Source: a virus. From it: a stretch of 64,000 bases of DNA. A program made the position numbers and the translations under genes. The notes under the pieces are model-generated. The model ran no database searches, was not told the DNA's origin, and saw only the letters and a list, made by a program, of their open reading frames with translations. Shown one piece after another: positions 28,503 to 37,446 of this stretch. Position 1 is the stretch's first letter, and each line of letters begins with the position of its first letter. The stretch is from positions 32,001 through 96,000 of the IMG/VR virus record IMGVR_UViG_3300045988_126550; one strand, given 5' to 3'.

Positions 28503-28507
28503 TATAG

Positions 28508-28726
28508 ATGAAGTATAAATTAATTGGTAAAAATGATAAAGAAAATTTAATTGAGCAAGTTCTACTTAATAGAGGCATCGAGAATCCAGAGGAATACCTT
28601 TCTCTGGATTCAAGTTGCATAAATGACTATGATAATCTTGATAATATGGAAGAAGCCGTTGACTGCTTTGCGAAGCATTTTGAAAGGGGTGATTTGGTCG
28701 CTATCCTCGTTGATAGCGATCCCTGA
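28508..28726 (+). CDS. RecJ-like DHH exonuclease, N-terminal fragment (frame 0, ends ...AILVDSDP-TGA)
   Basis: It ends inside what should be DHH motif I. Continuation in the +1 frame restores DSDPDGFSS. Confidence 0.6.
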   Translation: MKYKLIGKNDKENLIEQVLLNRGIENPEEYLSLDSSCINDYDNLDNMEEAVDCFAKHFERGDLVAILVDSDP

Positions 28727-30230
28727 TGGATTTTCAAGTGCAGCAATGTTATATAATTATATCAAGATGTTAGATAAAGATTACCCCGTTAGGTATATTT
28801 TACATAAAAATAATAAAGCACATGGCCTTGCAAAGATGGATAATGGAGATTTTAATATTCCAGATGGTACAAAGTTATTTATAGTACCAGATGCAGGAAC
28901 AAATGATTCTGAGCAATTTAATAAACTTATTGATAATGGTGTTGATTGTATTTGCCTAGATCATCATGAGGCTGAAGATATAGCAAAATCAAATAAGACT
29001 ATTATTGTTAACAATCAAATGAGCAAAAATTACACAGATAAAGATTTTTCAGGTGCAGGAATTGTGATGGAATTTTTAAGGGCATTGGACGATTATTATA
29101 TCTGTGATTATGCAGATAAATTTTTAGACTTGTGTGCTTTTGCAAATATCAGTGATGTTATGGATATACGTAATTCTCAAACAAGATACTATATTGAAGA
29201 GGGTATTAAAAATGTACGAAATAAATTCTTACTAGCACTTGCAAAAGCACAAGAATTTAGCACAAAAGGTGTTACGAATATTCATACTATTTCGTGGTAT
29301 TGGACACCTATCCTAAACAGCATGATACGTATTGGTGAAATTGAGGATAGAGATCTCGTGTTTAGGGCTTTTATTGAAACAGATGAAGTATTTCCATATA
29401 AAAAACGTGGAAGTTACGTTGAAGTCGATGAAGATATTTATACAAGAGCAGCGAGACTTTGTAAAAATATTAAAGCCAAACAAGATAAGATGAGAGATGC
29501 CTTGTATGATGATCTCAAAGACGAGATTAATCCAGATGATAAAGTTGTTATACTTGTTGCAAATGGTGCAGACAGTGGCATTGTAGGTTTGTCAGCAATG
29601 AAGTTATGTGATTATGCACAGAAGCCGACCATACTTCTTCAAGAGTACAAGGATGGTGTTCTTGGTGGTTCTGCGAGAAATTATGATGGATCTCCAGTGA
29701 AAGATTTTAAAGAGTTGGTAAATTCTGTTGGATTGTTTAACTTTGCTCAAGGACATTCAGGTGCATTTGGCGTAGATATTGATGAAAATAAACTTGAAGA
29801 TGCGAGAGTGGCACTTAATGAAGCTCTTAATCATATTGAATATGACGATACTATTTATGTTGATTTTATTTTTGAGCCTTATGATTTAGATGCAGACTTC
29901 TTTCAGATACTTGATAAGAACCAATGGGTTTGGGGGCACGGGATTTCTGAGCCTTTGGTCGCAGTAGAAGGTGCTACAGTTTCTACAGATGAAATTGCTA
30001 TTATGGGCAAGGATAAAAATTCTATCTCATTTTTTGCAGACGGTGTAAAGTATTGCAAGTTTAAACTTTCGCAAGATGATGAACTGCTGCAGTTGGCAAA
30101 TGAAGCATCAGGAGAAGAAATTAAGCTTAATGTTGTTGGAGAATGCAGTATTAATGATTATGGTGGAAAAAGAGTGGCGCAAATGATTATTAATAATTAT
30201 GAAGTGCTTGACAAATCGGAAAAATCGTGA
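28725..30230 (+). CDS. RecJ-like DHH-family ssDNA exonuclease, main part (+1 frame)
   Basis: DGFSSAAML (motif I remainder), VPDAGTND, CLDHHE (DHH) and GAGIVMEF. The track ORF 28623..30230 has no convincing start of its own. Confidence 0.7.
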   Translation, partial: DGFSSAAMLYNYIKMLDKDYPVRYILHKNNKAHGLAKMDNGDFNIPDGTKLFIVPDAGTNDSEQFNKLIDNGVDCICLDHHEAEDIAKSNKTIIVNNQMSKNYTDKDFSGAGIVMEFLRALDDYYICDYADKFLDLCAFANISDVMDIRNSQTRYYIEEGIKNVRNKFLLALAKAQEFSTKGVTNIHTISWYWTPILNSMIRIGEIEDRDLVFRAFIETDEVFPYKKRGSYVEVDEDIYTRAARLCKNIKAKQDKMRDALYDDLKDEINPDDKVVILVANGADSGIVGLSAMKLCDYAQKPTILLQEYKDGVLGGSARNYDGSPVKDFKELVNSVGLFNFAQGHSGAFGVDIDENKLEDARVALNEALNHIEYDDTIYVDFIFEPYDLDADFFQILDKNQWVWGHGISEPLVAVEGATVSTDEIAIMGKDKNSISFFADGVKYCKFKLSQDDELLQLANEASGEEIKLNVVGECSINDYGGKRVAQMIINNYEVLDKSEKS

Positions 30231-30236
30231 TATAAA
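30208..30236 (+). promoter_or_regulatory. sigma-A-type promoter (extended -10)
   Basis: TTGACA-N17-TGaTATAAA. Confidence 0.6.
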
Positions 30237-30241
30237 TACAA

Positions 30242-30252
30242 TACAAAATTAA
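30242..30252 (+). promoter_or_regulatory. leader motif TACAAAATTAA (exact)
   Basis: 15 nt upstream of ATG 30268. Confidence 0.55.
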
Positions 30253-30267
30253 TTGAGGAGGAGCGCT

Positions 30268-30654
30268 ATGACCTGTATTGAAAAGTATAACGAACAAAAA
30301 AATATAACAAATAAGATTATCGTCAATCTTAATAAGGCCAAAGGCCTTACTGCTATTGGGAAAGAAGATTCTCGCAACGACAAGTATCAAATTATGTTTT
30401 ACGATCATAAAATCTGGGATGGTGATATTCAAGTATACTTTCATGCGTCATATGGGTATTATGGGGATTCTAGTGGCTATAGTGCTTGTTGCCCAGAGAT
30501 GCAGGATTATCTTTTAAAGGCACTTAATCATTATAAGGGTGAGATTGTAGATTATATTATGGAGCAAGCAGAAAAGGATAAAAATGATGCTTTGTTGGCT
30601 TGCAAGCAAGAAGCCGAGAGTATTTTAAAGCAAATTGAAGAGAAGATGCTGTGA
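30268..30654 (+). CDS. hypothetical protein
   Basis: Internal ATG with a GAGGAGG RBS after a promoter and a leader motif. Confidence 0.65.
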   Translation: MTCIEKYNEQKNITNKIIVNLNKAKGLTAIGKEDSRNDKYQIMFYDHKIWDGDIQVYFHASYGYYGDSSGYSACCPEMQDYLLKALNHYKGEIVDYIMEQAEKDKNDALLACKQEAESILKQIEEKML

Positions 30655-30657
30655 GAG

Positions 30658-30668
30658 TACAAAATTAA
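30658..30668 (+). promoter_or_regulatory. leader motif TACAAAATTAA (exact)
   Basis: 17 nt upstream of ATG 30686. Confidence 0.55.
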
Positions 30669-30685
30669 TGGAGGAGGTGTAGGAA

Positions 30686-31438
30686 ATGAAAGGAAAGACT
30701 GGAACAAATTATCCAAAAGGATATTGGGAACAGTTTAAGGAAGATATTGTTTATTTATATAAAAATAAAATAATGTCTACATATCAATTAGCAGATAAAT
30801 ATAATACTACTCCTGTTACAATTGTTAGAAATTTAAAACGATGGGGAGTTTATGATAAATCAACTGCGTTTTGCAAAAAAAATAAATTTGAAGATTGTGG
30901 AGATTTTTATATCGGATATACACGTAATAATAATTATGAATTTTATATTGATAAAAAATATTATGATTTGATTTGGCAATATTGTTGGTATAGGCATAAA
31001 GATGGATATCTTAGAACATGCATTGGGAAAAAAGAAAATGGCGGGAATATCTATAAACTTATGCACGTAATGATTATGGAGGCAGAAGGTTATACTTGTG
31101 CAAAAGACGAAGAAGTGGATCATATTAACGGAAAGCCAAATGATAATCGAATTGAAAATCTTCGTATAGTAAGCCACAAAAATAATATGAAAAACGAAAA
31201 ATTGTATAACAATAATACAAGTGGTCACAAAGGCGTGTATTATTCAAAGAGAGAGAAAAAATGGAAGGCTGCTATTACAAGTGACAATGTAGTCTATCAT
31301 CTTGGCACGTTTAATACAAAAGACGAAGCAATTTGCGCTAGAGAAGATGCGGAACAGAAACTACATAAAGAATATAACCGCGCAAAAGAAGATCTATATA
31401 ATGGCACAAGACAAAGTGATTATGAGGTGGCTATATGA
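30686..31438 (+). CDS. HNH + AP2-domain homing endonuclease
   Basis: KLMHVMIME, VDHINGKPNDNRIENLR and SGHKGVYYSKREKKWKAAI...LGTF. ATGA overlap with the polymerase gene. Confidence 0.85.
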   Translation: MKGKTGTNYPKGYWEQFKEDIVYLYKNKIMSTYQLADKYNTTPVTIVRNLKRWGVYDKSTAFCKKNKFEDCGDFYIGYTRNNNYEFYIDKKYYDLIWQYCWYRHKDGYLRTCIGKKENGGNIYKLMHVMIMEAEGYTCAKDEEVDHINGKPNDNRIENLRIVSHKNNMKNEKLYNNNTSGHKGVYYSKREKKWKAAITSDNVVYHLGTFNTKDEAICAREDAEQKLHKEYNRAKEDLYNGTRQSDYEVAI

Positions 31439-34400
31439 GATATAATAATTATCATAAACATACAATGTATAGTAATTTACGCACTTTAGATTGTGTTGTA
31501 AAACCAATTGATTACATTAATCGTGCTAAGGAGCTTGGTCATACCACATATTTTACGACCGAACATGGATTTCAGGGTAATATCTATGAGGCATTCACTC
31601 TTTGTCAGCAAAATGATTTAAAGTGTATTTATGCAGTAGAGGCGTATTATGTTGATGATATAAAGGATAAAACAAGTCGTGAAATGTATCATATAATGCT
31701 TATTGCAATGACTGAAAACGCAAGGCGTGAGATCAACAAAATAATGTCTATTGCAAATACAGATGGATATTACTATCGTCCTCGTATAGATTTAAAGTTA
31801 TTATTAAGCCTTACGCCATCAGAAACAATTATTACTACTGCATGTATAGCTGGGCGTATGTTTAAGCCGAGAAGAACTGAAAAGACAAAGAATATTATTG
31901 GTTATAAAGAAACAGTTGTATATGATAGCGGCCCTGGATATATTGATGAAGCTGGCCATATTGAAAAAATTCCAATTTATGAAACAATTTCAATAGATGA
32001 AGATTATTGGAGAAGTAATTTTTTTGAACCTTTGAGAAATCATTTTGGTGATAATTTTTATCTTGAAGTTCAAGATCATAATGACCAAAATCAAATTGAA
32101 TATAATAAAAAAATTATTGCATTACATCGAGAAACTGGTGTTCACATTATTCATGCTAATGACTCACATTATATTTTACCAGAAGATGCTAAGTATAGAG
32201 ATTTGTTCTTAAAAGCAAAAGGAATCATTTATGAAGAAGAAAGTGGGTTTTGTCTTGATTATCCTGATTCTGATACTATTTTTCAAAGATATGAAAAGCA
32301 GGGCGTCTTAATAAAAGAAGAGGTAGAAGAAGCGTTGCGAAATACTCTTATTTTTGATAATGCCGAGGGCATTTTTATTGATAAAGAGTTTAAAATCCCT
32401 AAAGTAGTAGAAGGAGATAGTAATGCCATATTAAAAAAACTAATTAATGAGGGATGGAATAAAGAAAAACATAACGTTCCAAAAGAACGTCACAAAGAAT
32501 ATATTCAACAAATAAGATACGAATATAAGATTATTGAAGACTGTGGGATGGCAGATTATTTTATTCTTGACCATTATGTAGTTAAAAAAGCAGTAAAAGA
32601 ATATAACGCTATCTTAACTCGCAGCGGAAGAGGAAGTGCAGTTTCTTTCTATATCAATAAATTATTAGGGTTAACAGAAGTTGATAGAATTGCAGCGCCT
32701 ATTAAACTTTATCCGACAAGATTTATGTCCGCTGAACGTATTTTAAATAGCAGATCGTTACCAGATATTGATCTTAATTTTGCGGATACATCACCTGTTG
32801 TACAGGCTAGTAAGGATATCTTGGGACAAGATGGCATTTATTATATGATTGCGTATAAGCCGCTACAAGAATCTTCTGCATTTAGACTTTGGTGTAAAGC
32901 ACATGATATGCATATTTCTGAATATGATGACATTGCAAAAAACCTAGATAGCTATTTGAATGATCCTAAGTGGAAGGATTTAATTGATGGAAGTAAAATC
33001 TTTAGAGGCGTTGTAGAAAGTGTTGCTCCTAGCCCTTGTAGTTTCTTATTGTCTAATGATAAAATTTCTGAAATGGTCGGGCTTATTAAGGTTGGAGATG
33101 AGATTTGCTGTTGCCTTGATGGTTATAACTGTGATGTTTATAAATTTCTAAAAAATGATTATCTTACCGTTTCTGTCTATCAAATCATTCATGATGTTTA
33201 TGAACTAATTGGAAGACCTATTGATGATATTAATACATTAATTAAAAATTGTGATCAGAAAGTTTGGGATGTCTACGCAAAAGGATTAACAACAACAATA
33301 AACCAAGCAGATTCAGATTATGATAAGCAGATATTAAAAAAGTATAAACCTACTAATCTTGCGGAACTTTCAGCATATGTCGCTGCTATACGCCCAGGAT
33401 TTGCATCTCTGCTTAATAATTTTATTGAGAGAAAACCATATACAACAGGGGTTAAAGAACTTGATGATATACTAGATGACTCTTTTCATTATCTTATGTA
33501 CCAAGAAAGTATTATGAAATATCTTGTCTGGTTAGGAATGGAAGAAAAAGGTACCTATGATGTTATTAAAAAGATAGCAAAGAAAAAATTTAAAGAAGAG
33601 GAATTAAATGCACTTAAACACGAGCTATTAAATGGCTGGGTTAAAAATGTAGGAGCAGAAGATGGATTTGCAGATACTTGGCAAGTTGTTACAGATGCGG
33701 CGCATTATTCATTTAACGCATCTCATAGCCTAAGTGTGGCAATCGATTCAATGTACGGAGCCTATTTAAAATCGCATTATCCTCTCGAATACTTTACGGT
33801 AGTTCTTACAATGTATAGTGGTGATATGGATCGAACTGCAAAACTTATTGATGAATTACCATACTTTGGAATTTCTCTAAAAGATATTAAATTCAGGCAT
33901 TCTAAAGCAGATTATAACTGCGATAAAGAAGAAAAAACAATTTATAAGGGGATGTCTTCCGTAAAATTTATTAATGCAGAGACATCGGATAAACTTTATG
34001 CAATGAAAGATGAACACTTTGATTCTTTCGTTGATGTCGTTAAGGCATTCCCCGGAAATAGTAGAATGCTTGATATTTTAATTAAGCTTGATTTTTTCTC
34101 TGAATTCGGAAAAATAGGTACGCTTTTACGTACTGTAGAACTCTACAACGCTTATGGTGGCAAGAAGTTGCTTAAGAAGGATAAGTGTAAGCTACCGTCC
34201 GAACTACTATCAAAGTATTGTACAGAGACTGAGAAACAGTGGCGTGTACAAGATCAAGACGGACTTATTAAAGAGCTGTGTTCTATGATCCCAGATGTTG
34301 ATGTGCCAATTCAGAGCAAAATCGAATGGTCTAAAGAGTATCTTGGCTATATCTCAACTATAATGCCAAATAAAAAGAATATTGGGTATGTTGTAGATCT

Positions 34401-34638
34401 TAACACTAAGTGGAGTCCTCGTGTTATAGTGTATCAACTATGGAATGGGAAAACTGTTGCATATAAAGTACAAAAGAGAGCGTATGAGAAAAATCCATTT
34501 GATAAAGGGTGCTTATTACAATTTAATTCGGAAATGCGTAATAAGAGCCGCAAAGATGAGAACGGACAATGGATTAAACTCCCAGAACAAGAACCTTGGT
34601 TAACAAATTATTTGGTAAATGTGCAATTAACCTCTTGA
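31435..34638 (+). CDS. dnaE: DNA polymerase III alpha subunit (DnaE-type, N-terminal PHP domain)
   Basis: 1067 aa. PHP motif YHKHTMYS...TEHG, GRGSAVSFYINKLLGLTEVD and PDIDLNF. Confidence 0.9.
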   Translation: MRYNNYHKHTMYSNLRTLDCVVKPIDYINRAKELGHTTYFTTEHGFQGNIYEAFTLCQQNDLKCIYAVEAYYVDDIKDKTSREMYHIMLIAMTENARREINKIMSIANTDGYYYRPRIDLKLLLSLTPSETIITTACIAGRMFKPRRTEKTKNIIGYKETVVYDSGPGYIDEAGHIEKIPIYETISIDEDYWRSNFFEPLRNHFGDNFYLEVQDHNDQNQIEYNKKIIALHRETGVHIIHANDSHYILPEDAKYRDLFLKAKGIIYEEESGFCLDYPDSDTIFQRYEKQGVLIKEEVEEALRNTLIFDNAEGIFIDKEFKIPKVVEGDSNAILKKLINEGWNKEKHNVPKERHKEYIQQIRYEYKIIEDCGMADYFILDHYVVKKAVKEYNAILTRSGRGSAVSFYINKLLGLTEVDRIAAPIKLYPTRFMSAERILNSRSLPDIDLNFADTSPVVQASKDILGQDGIYYMIAYKPLQESSAFRLWCKAHDMHISEYDDIAKNLDSYLNDPKWKDLIDGSKIFRGVVESVAPSPCSFLLSNDKISEMVGLIKVGDEICCCLDGYNCDVYKFLKNDYLTVSVYQIIHDVYELIGRPIDDINTLIKNCDQKVWDVYAKGLTTTINQADSDYDKQILKKYKPTNLAELSAYVAAIRPGFASLLNNFIERKPYTTGVKELDDILDDSFHYLMYQESIMKYLVWLGMEEKGTYDVIKKIAKKKFKEEELNALKHELLNGWVKNVGAEDGFADTWQVVTDAAHYSFNASHSLSVAIDSMYGAYLKSHYPLEYFTVVLTMYSGDMDRTAKLIDELPYFGISLKDIKFRHSKADYNCDKEEKTIYKGMSSVKFINAETSDKLYAMKDEHFDSFVDVVKAFPGNSRMLDILIKLDFFSEFGKIGTLLRTVELYNAYGGKKLLKKDKCKLPSELLSKYCTETEKQWRVQDQDGLIKELCSMIPDVDVPIQSKIEWSKEYLGYISTIMPNKKNIGYVVDLNTKWSPRVIVYQLWNGKTVAYKVQKRAYEKNPFDKGCLLQFNSEMRNKSRKDENGQWIKLPEQEPWLTNYLVNVQLTS

Positions 34639-34662
34639 CAAATCCAAAATCTATGCTATAAT
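34635..34662 (+). promoter_or_regulatory. sigma-A-type promoter (extended -10), upstream member of a tandem pair
   Basis: TTGACA-N16-TGcTATAAT. Confidence 0.65.
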
Positions 34663-34716
34663 ACAGACACAGTCAAGGGGCGATTCAAGCACTTACACAT
34701 ACTGCGAATCGTCCTC

Positions 34717-34744
34717 TTGACAAATTAAAATTTTGTGTTATAAT
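34717..34744 (+). promoter_or_regulatory. sigma-A-type promoter (extended -10), downstream member of a tandem pair
   Basis: TTGACA-N16-TGtTATAAT. Confidence 0.65.
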
Positions 34745-34749
34745 CACAA

Positions 34750-34760
34750 TACAAAATTAA
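34750..34760 (+). promoter_or_regulatory. leader motif TACAAAATTAA (exact)
   Basis: 16 nt upstream of ATG 34777. Confidence 0.55.
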
Positions 34761-34776
34761 TGAAGGAGAATTTAAA

Positions 34777-34971
34777 ATGAAGATGATCCCTGAAAAAGAC
34801 AGAGACTTTCGGAAGTGTTACTTCTGTGGTGGCTTTCACACCAAAGAAAATCCTGTGGCTTTTGAACTGGATGTAGATGAGACAACTATTCCAGAGAGTG
34901 AAGCAAAGTTTCTCGGCGGTTCAGTTTATTGTTGTAAAAAGTGCTTAGAGAAGGAGTGGATGGCAACATAA
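34777..34971 (+). CDS. small zinc-ribbon hypothetical protein
   Basis: CYFCGG...CCKKC. Preceded by tandem promoters and a leader motif. Confidence 0.6.
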   Translation: MKMIPEKDRDFRKCYFCGGFHTKENPVAFELDVDETTIPESEAKFLGGSVYCCKKCLEKEWMAT

Positions 34972-35087
34972 TGGAACTTATGATTTTGGCAGTTATTGCT
35001 TTTGTTTTTGGTGGCATCTGGTGCGCTATCTTTGGAAGGAATTGGAGGAAGACAGATGACGATTCTGAATCAATACGAGATTCTTAA
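34971..35087 (+). CDS. possible small membrane peptide (38 aa)
   Basis: ATAATG overlap with the upstream stop. Hydrophobic N-terminus. Overlaps the next gene by 32 nt, so it is doubtful. Confidence 0.25.
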   Translation: MELMILAVIAFVFGGIWCAIFGRNWRKTDDDSESIRDS

Positions 35088-35418
35088 AAATGTAACCCCG
35101 ACTTGGTGGCATGTTGTTCTTACTTTGTGGCATGTTGTTCTTATAGTGAGTGTTGTAGCTATTATGGTCATGACTAGTATCGAATGCAAAACTAATTCGG
35201 ATTCTTTGCTGTTAGCTATATTTTGCATTGTCATCTTCGGTCTCATATGGGCAGGGGGAGTAAAGCTAATTGTGACTAAAAAGGACGTTCCAACAGGTCG
35301 CTATCGTTACGAGTGCACAATTGACGATGACGCGTCATTCGTTGATATTTATGAGAAGTACATTGTAGTTGAGCGACGTGGAGATTTGTGGATTTTGGAG
35401 GACAAAGATGAGACTTGA
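35056..35418 (+). CDS. hypothetical membrane protein, paralog of 36259..36582
   Basis: Internal ATG with a GGAGGAAG RBS. Shares MTI.NQY at the N-terminus and RRGDLWILEDK at the C-terminus with its paralog. Confidence 0.65.
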   Translation: MTILNQYEILKNVTPTWWHVVLTLWHVVLIVSVVAIMVMTSIECKTNSDSLLLAIFCIVIFGLIWAGGVKLIVTKKDVPTGRYRYECTIDDDASFVDIYEKYIVVERRGDLWILEDKDET

Positions 35419-35590
35419 CGACTTATTCATTTGTCCAAAGTGCCAGAGCAATGACCACAAAGAGATTAGTGAGGATTTTTGTATCGAGGATAGCAACTAC
35501 CATGTAAAATGTCGTTGTAATAATTGTGGATATCTTTATGGTTATCGTTTTGGCTTCGATTTTTATCTGGATGAAGAAGAGGAGAATTGA
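35408..35590 (+). CDS. small zinc-ribbon hypothetical protein
   Basis: Internal ATG with a GGAGGA RBS. CPKC...CNNCG. Confidence 0.6.
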   Translation: MRLDDLFICPKCQSNDHKEISEDFCIEDSNYHVKCRCNNCGYLYGYRFGFDFYLDEEEEN

Positions 35591-35591
35591 A

Positions 35592-36065
35592 ATGACTTAT
35601 ACTTTTGGCAGACAGGTTCCCACTGGCTATTATGCGTATCTCAATCGAAAGGGCACTCTCATCATTGGGAGACACACTTGTGATGGAAGATGTAATATCT
35701 TTTCAGGTAGCTATAGCGAAGCGAAAGAGCGTGGTCTTATCAATCGTCTTGCTTTTGATGCTCCGCGCATTCATCGAAATATCGCAGAACATTATGAAGA
35801 TTGGCCGGAAATTAGTCGCCCGAAGGTTGAAAATAGAATTATTGGTTTCAATGATTGGTTTGAAGGTTTGGAGGAAGCCAATCAGAATGGATGGGAACTT
35901 ATGTCAAGTCGTGAAAGACAATTCGTGGTTGGTCTTGGCGATCACGTAAGATCGTTTGACTATGATTTGGGTCCTCACGATAAGGTCTATTCGCAGTATA
36001 GCTACGTGTTACGACGTGTTCCGCGCGACATCAATACGGATAAAGTTATTCATGAGGAGGGCTAA
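35592..36065 (+). CDS. hypothetical protein
   Basis: Internal ATG with an AGGAGA RBS. Confidence 0.7.
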   Translation: MTYTFGRQVPTGYYAYLNRKGTLIIGRHTCDGRCNIFSGSYSEAKERGLINRLAFDAPRIHRNIAEHYEDWPEISRPKVENRIIGFNDWFEGLEEANQNGWELMSSRERQFVVGLGDHVRSFDYDLGPHDKVYSQYSYVLRRVPRDINTDKVIHEEG

Positions 36066-36070
36066 TTATA

Positions 36071-36259
36071 ATGAGTATCAATATTTGGGACGTTGAGATT
36101 ATTGACGAAACAACGAGATGTATTCTTCAGCACATCTATTTCTTTACTCGTAAAAGCGCTGAGCAATACGGGCAGAGACACACGAAAGAGTGGAGACAGA
36201 ATGGTTGGGTTTGGGCTATGGGTGGCGAGCCTCTGTATTTTGGGAGGATTAGAGACTGA
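36071..36259 (+). CDS. hypothetical protein
   Basis: 62-aa ORF with a GGAGGG RBS. Confidence 0.6.
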   Translation: MSINIWDVEIIDETTRCILQHIYFFTRKSAEQYGQRHTKEWRQNGWVWAMGGEPLYFGRIRD

Positions 36260-36582
36260 TGACGATTGTAAATCAGTATCCTGTAATGGAAAGCGGGCCA
36301 GCTTGGCTTGGTCTTTTGCTTGGAATTTGTTGTGTAGTCGGCGTACTTCTTACTATCTTAGCTTTATCAGATAAAATGTATGGTATAGCAATAGGAACTG
36401 GAATTTTTTGGGCACTTTCCCTGATTGGTCTTATTGTTGTAATCCATGGTAAGAAAACTGATAGGTCTTGTTATGAGTGTTTGATTGATGATACGACGCC
36501 TTTCGTAGAAGTGATTGAGAATTACAATATTACCGGCCGGCGCGGGGACTTATGGATTTTGGAGGATAAAGTAGATGAGTAA
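36259..36582 (+). CDS. hypothetical membrane protein, paralog of 35056..35418
   Basis: TGATG overlap. Conserved termini as in the paralog. Confidence 0.7.
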   Translation: MTIVNQYPVMESGPAWLGLLLGICCVVGVLLTILALSDKMYGIAIGTGIFWALSLIGLIVVIHGKKTDRSCYECLIDDTTPFVEVIENYNITGRRGDLWILEDKVDE

Positions 36583-36715
36583 TATTCGCTTTGATATTTA
36601 TCTACAAAGAGAAAATCTTCACTTTGGTGTCAAAGAAGGTATTTCTTTGGACGAACTTGCTTCTGTTCTTTCTTCTTTTTTTGAAAGTGGAGAAAATTGG
36701 CATAAGATGAAGTAG
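36575..36715 (+). CDS. small hypothetical protein ending at an in-frame TAG (open in the same frame to 36814)
   Basis: GGAGGA lies 8 nt upstream of the ATG. After TAG at 36713 the frame stays open for 32 more codons, to TGA at 36812, right at the next RBS. Confidence 0.4.
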   Translation: MSNIRFDIYLQRENLHFGVKEGISLDELASVLSSFFESGENWHKMK

Positions 36716-36828
36716 TGCTGGCTTGAAAATGGGAAGTCTAGGGATTTTCAACATTTGATGAAAGAAGCACTACTTGGGGCTTATGACACTTTCTGTATGG
36801 ATGATTTGGTTTGAAAGGAGATTTGGAA

Positions 36829-37434
36829 ATGTCTGTAATTCGTTGTAAAATTCCCTCAAATAGTGTTGAATGGTCAGACCCAAATGGGAAACCCGGAAGA
36901 AAGGATTTTGAAATGGAAAATTACATTATGCTTGATGGTCGTAAGTTTGAACTGGATAGCGTTTTGGCAGAGAAGCTTCGCGCGACTGTCAACAATCAAA
37001 AACTTGAAAACGAAAAGAAAAGGAACCCTTTTGAGCGGCAAAAGAAAGAACTATTCTACTATTTTATCGATATCGATGGCACAGTCGGTGAATATAAAGA
37101 AAAGTTTTATGCAAGCGATGACGACCTTTATAATATTGGCAACTACTGCACTGATAAGAAGCTAATGAGTCAGCGCGCACTTCATGAAACTTTGAATAGA
37201 CTTCTTTGGAGATTTTCTCTTGAGAATGGTGGAGATGGTGAATGGAATGGGAATGATGCCCATTACTATATTACTTTTCAGTCTGGGGTTGGAGAAAAAA
37301 AGTTACAAGTAGACTGGACTTCACAGTGGCGTCATCAAGGAACAGTTTTCTTTTCTTCGAGGTGCGTTGCAGAAAGAGCTATTGACGAAATCGTGAAACC
37401 TTTTATGGTAGAGCATCCTGAATTTGTGTGGTAA
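36829..37434 (+). CDS. hypothetical protein
   Basis: ATG after AAAGGAGA. The track start at 36811 is a TTG. Confidence 0.7.
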   Translation: MSVIRCKIPSNSVEWSDPNGKPGRKDFEMENYIMLDGRKFELDSVLAEKLRATVNNQKLENEKKRNPFERQKKELFYYFIDIDGTVGEYKEKFYASDDDLYNIGNYCTDKKLMSQRALHETLNRLLWRFSLENGGDGEWNGNDAHYYITFQSGVGEKKLQVDWTSQWRHQGTVFFSSRCVAERAIDEIVKPFMVEHPEFVW

Positions 37435-37446
37435 GGAGAATTGAAG

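Noticed and set aside
28721-28727. TGA at 28724 read as a sense codon (a code 4-like reassignment) instead of a frameshift.
   Set aside because: Reading through in frame 0 gives DSDP-x-WIFK, which destroys the DHH motif. TGA also terminates many well-delimited genes in this window.
35107-35143. The 16-nt near-tandem duplication TGGCATGTTGTTCTTA as a regulatory repeat.
   Set aside because: It is in-frame coding sequence (WHVVL twice) within a transmembrane segment and is most simply a replication-slippage duplication. It is mentioned only under the paralog finding.
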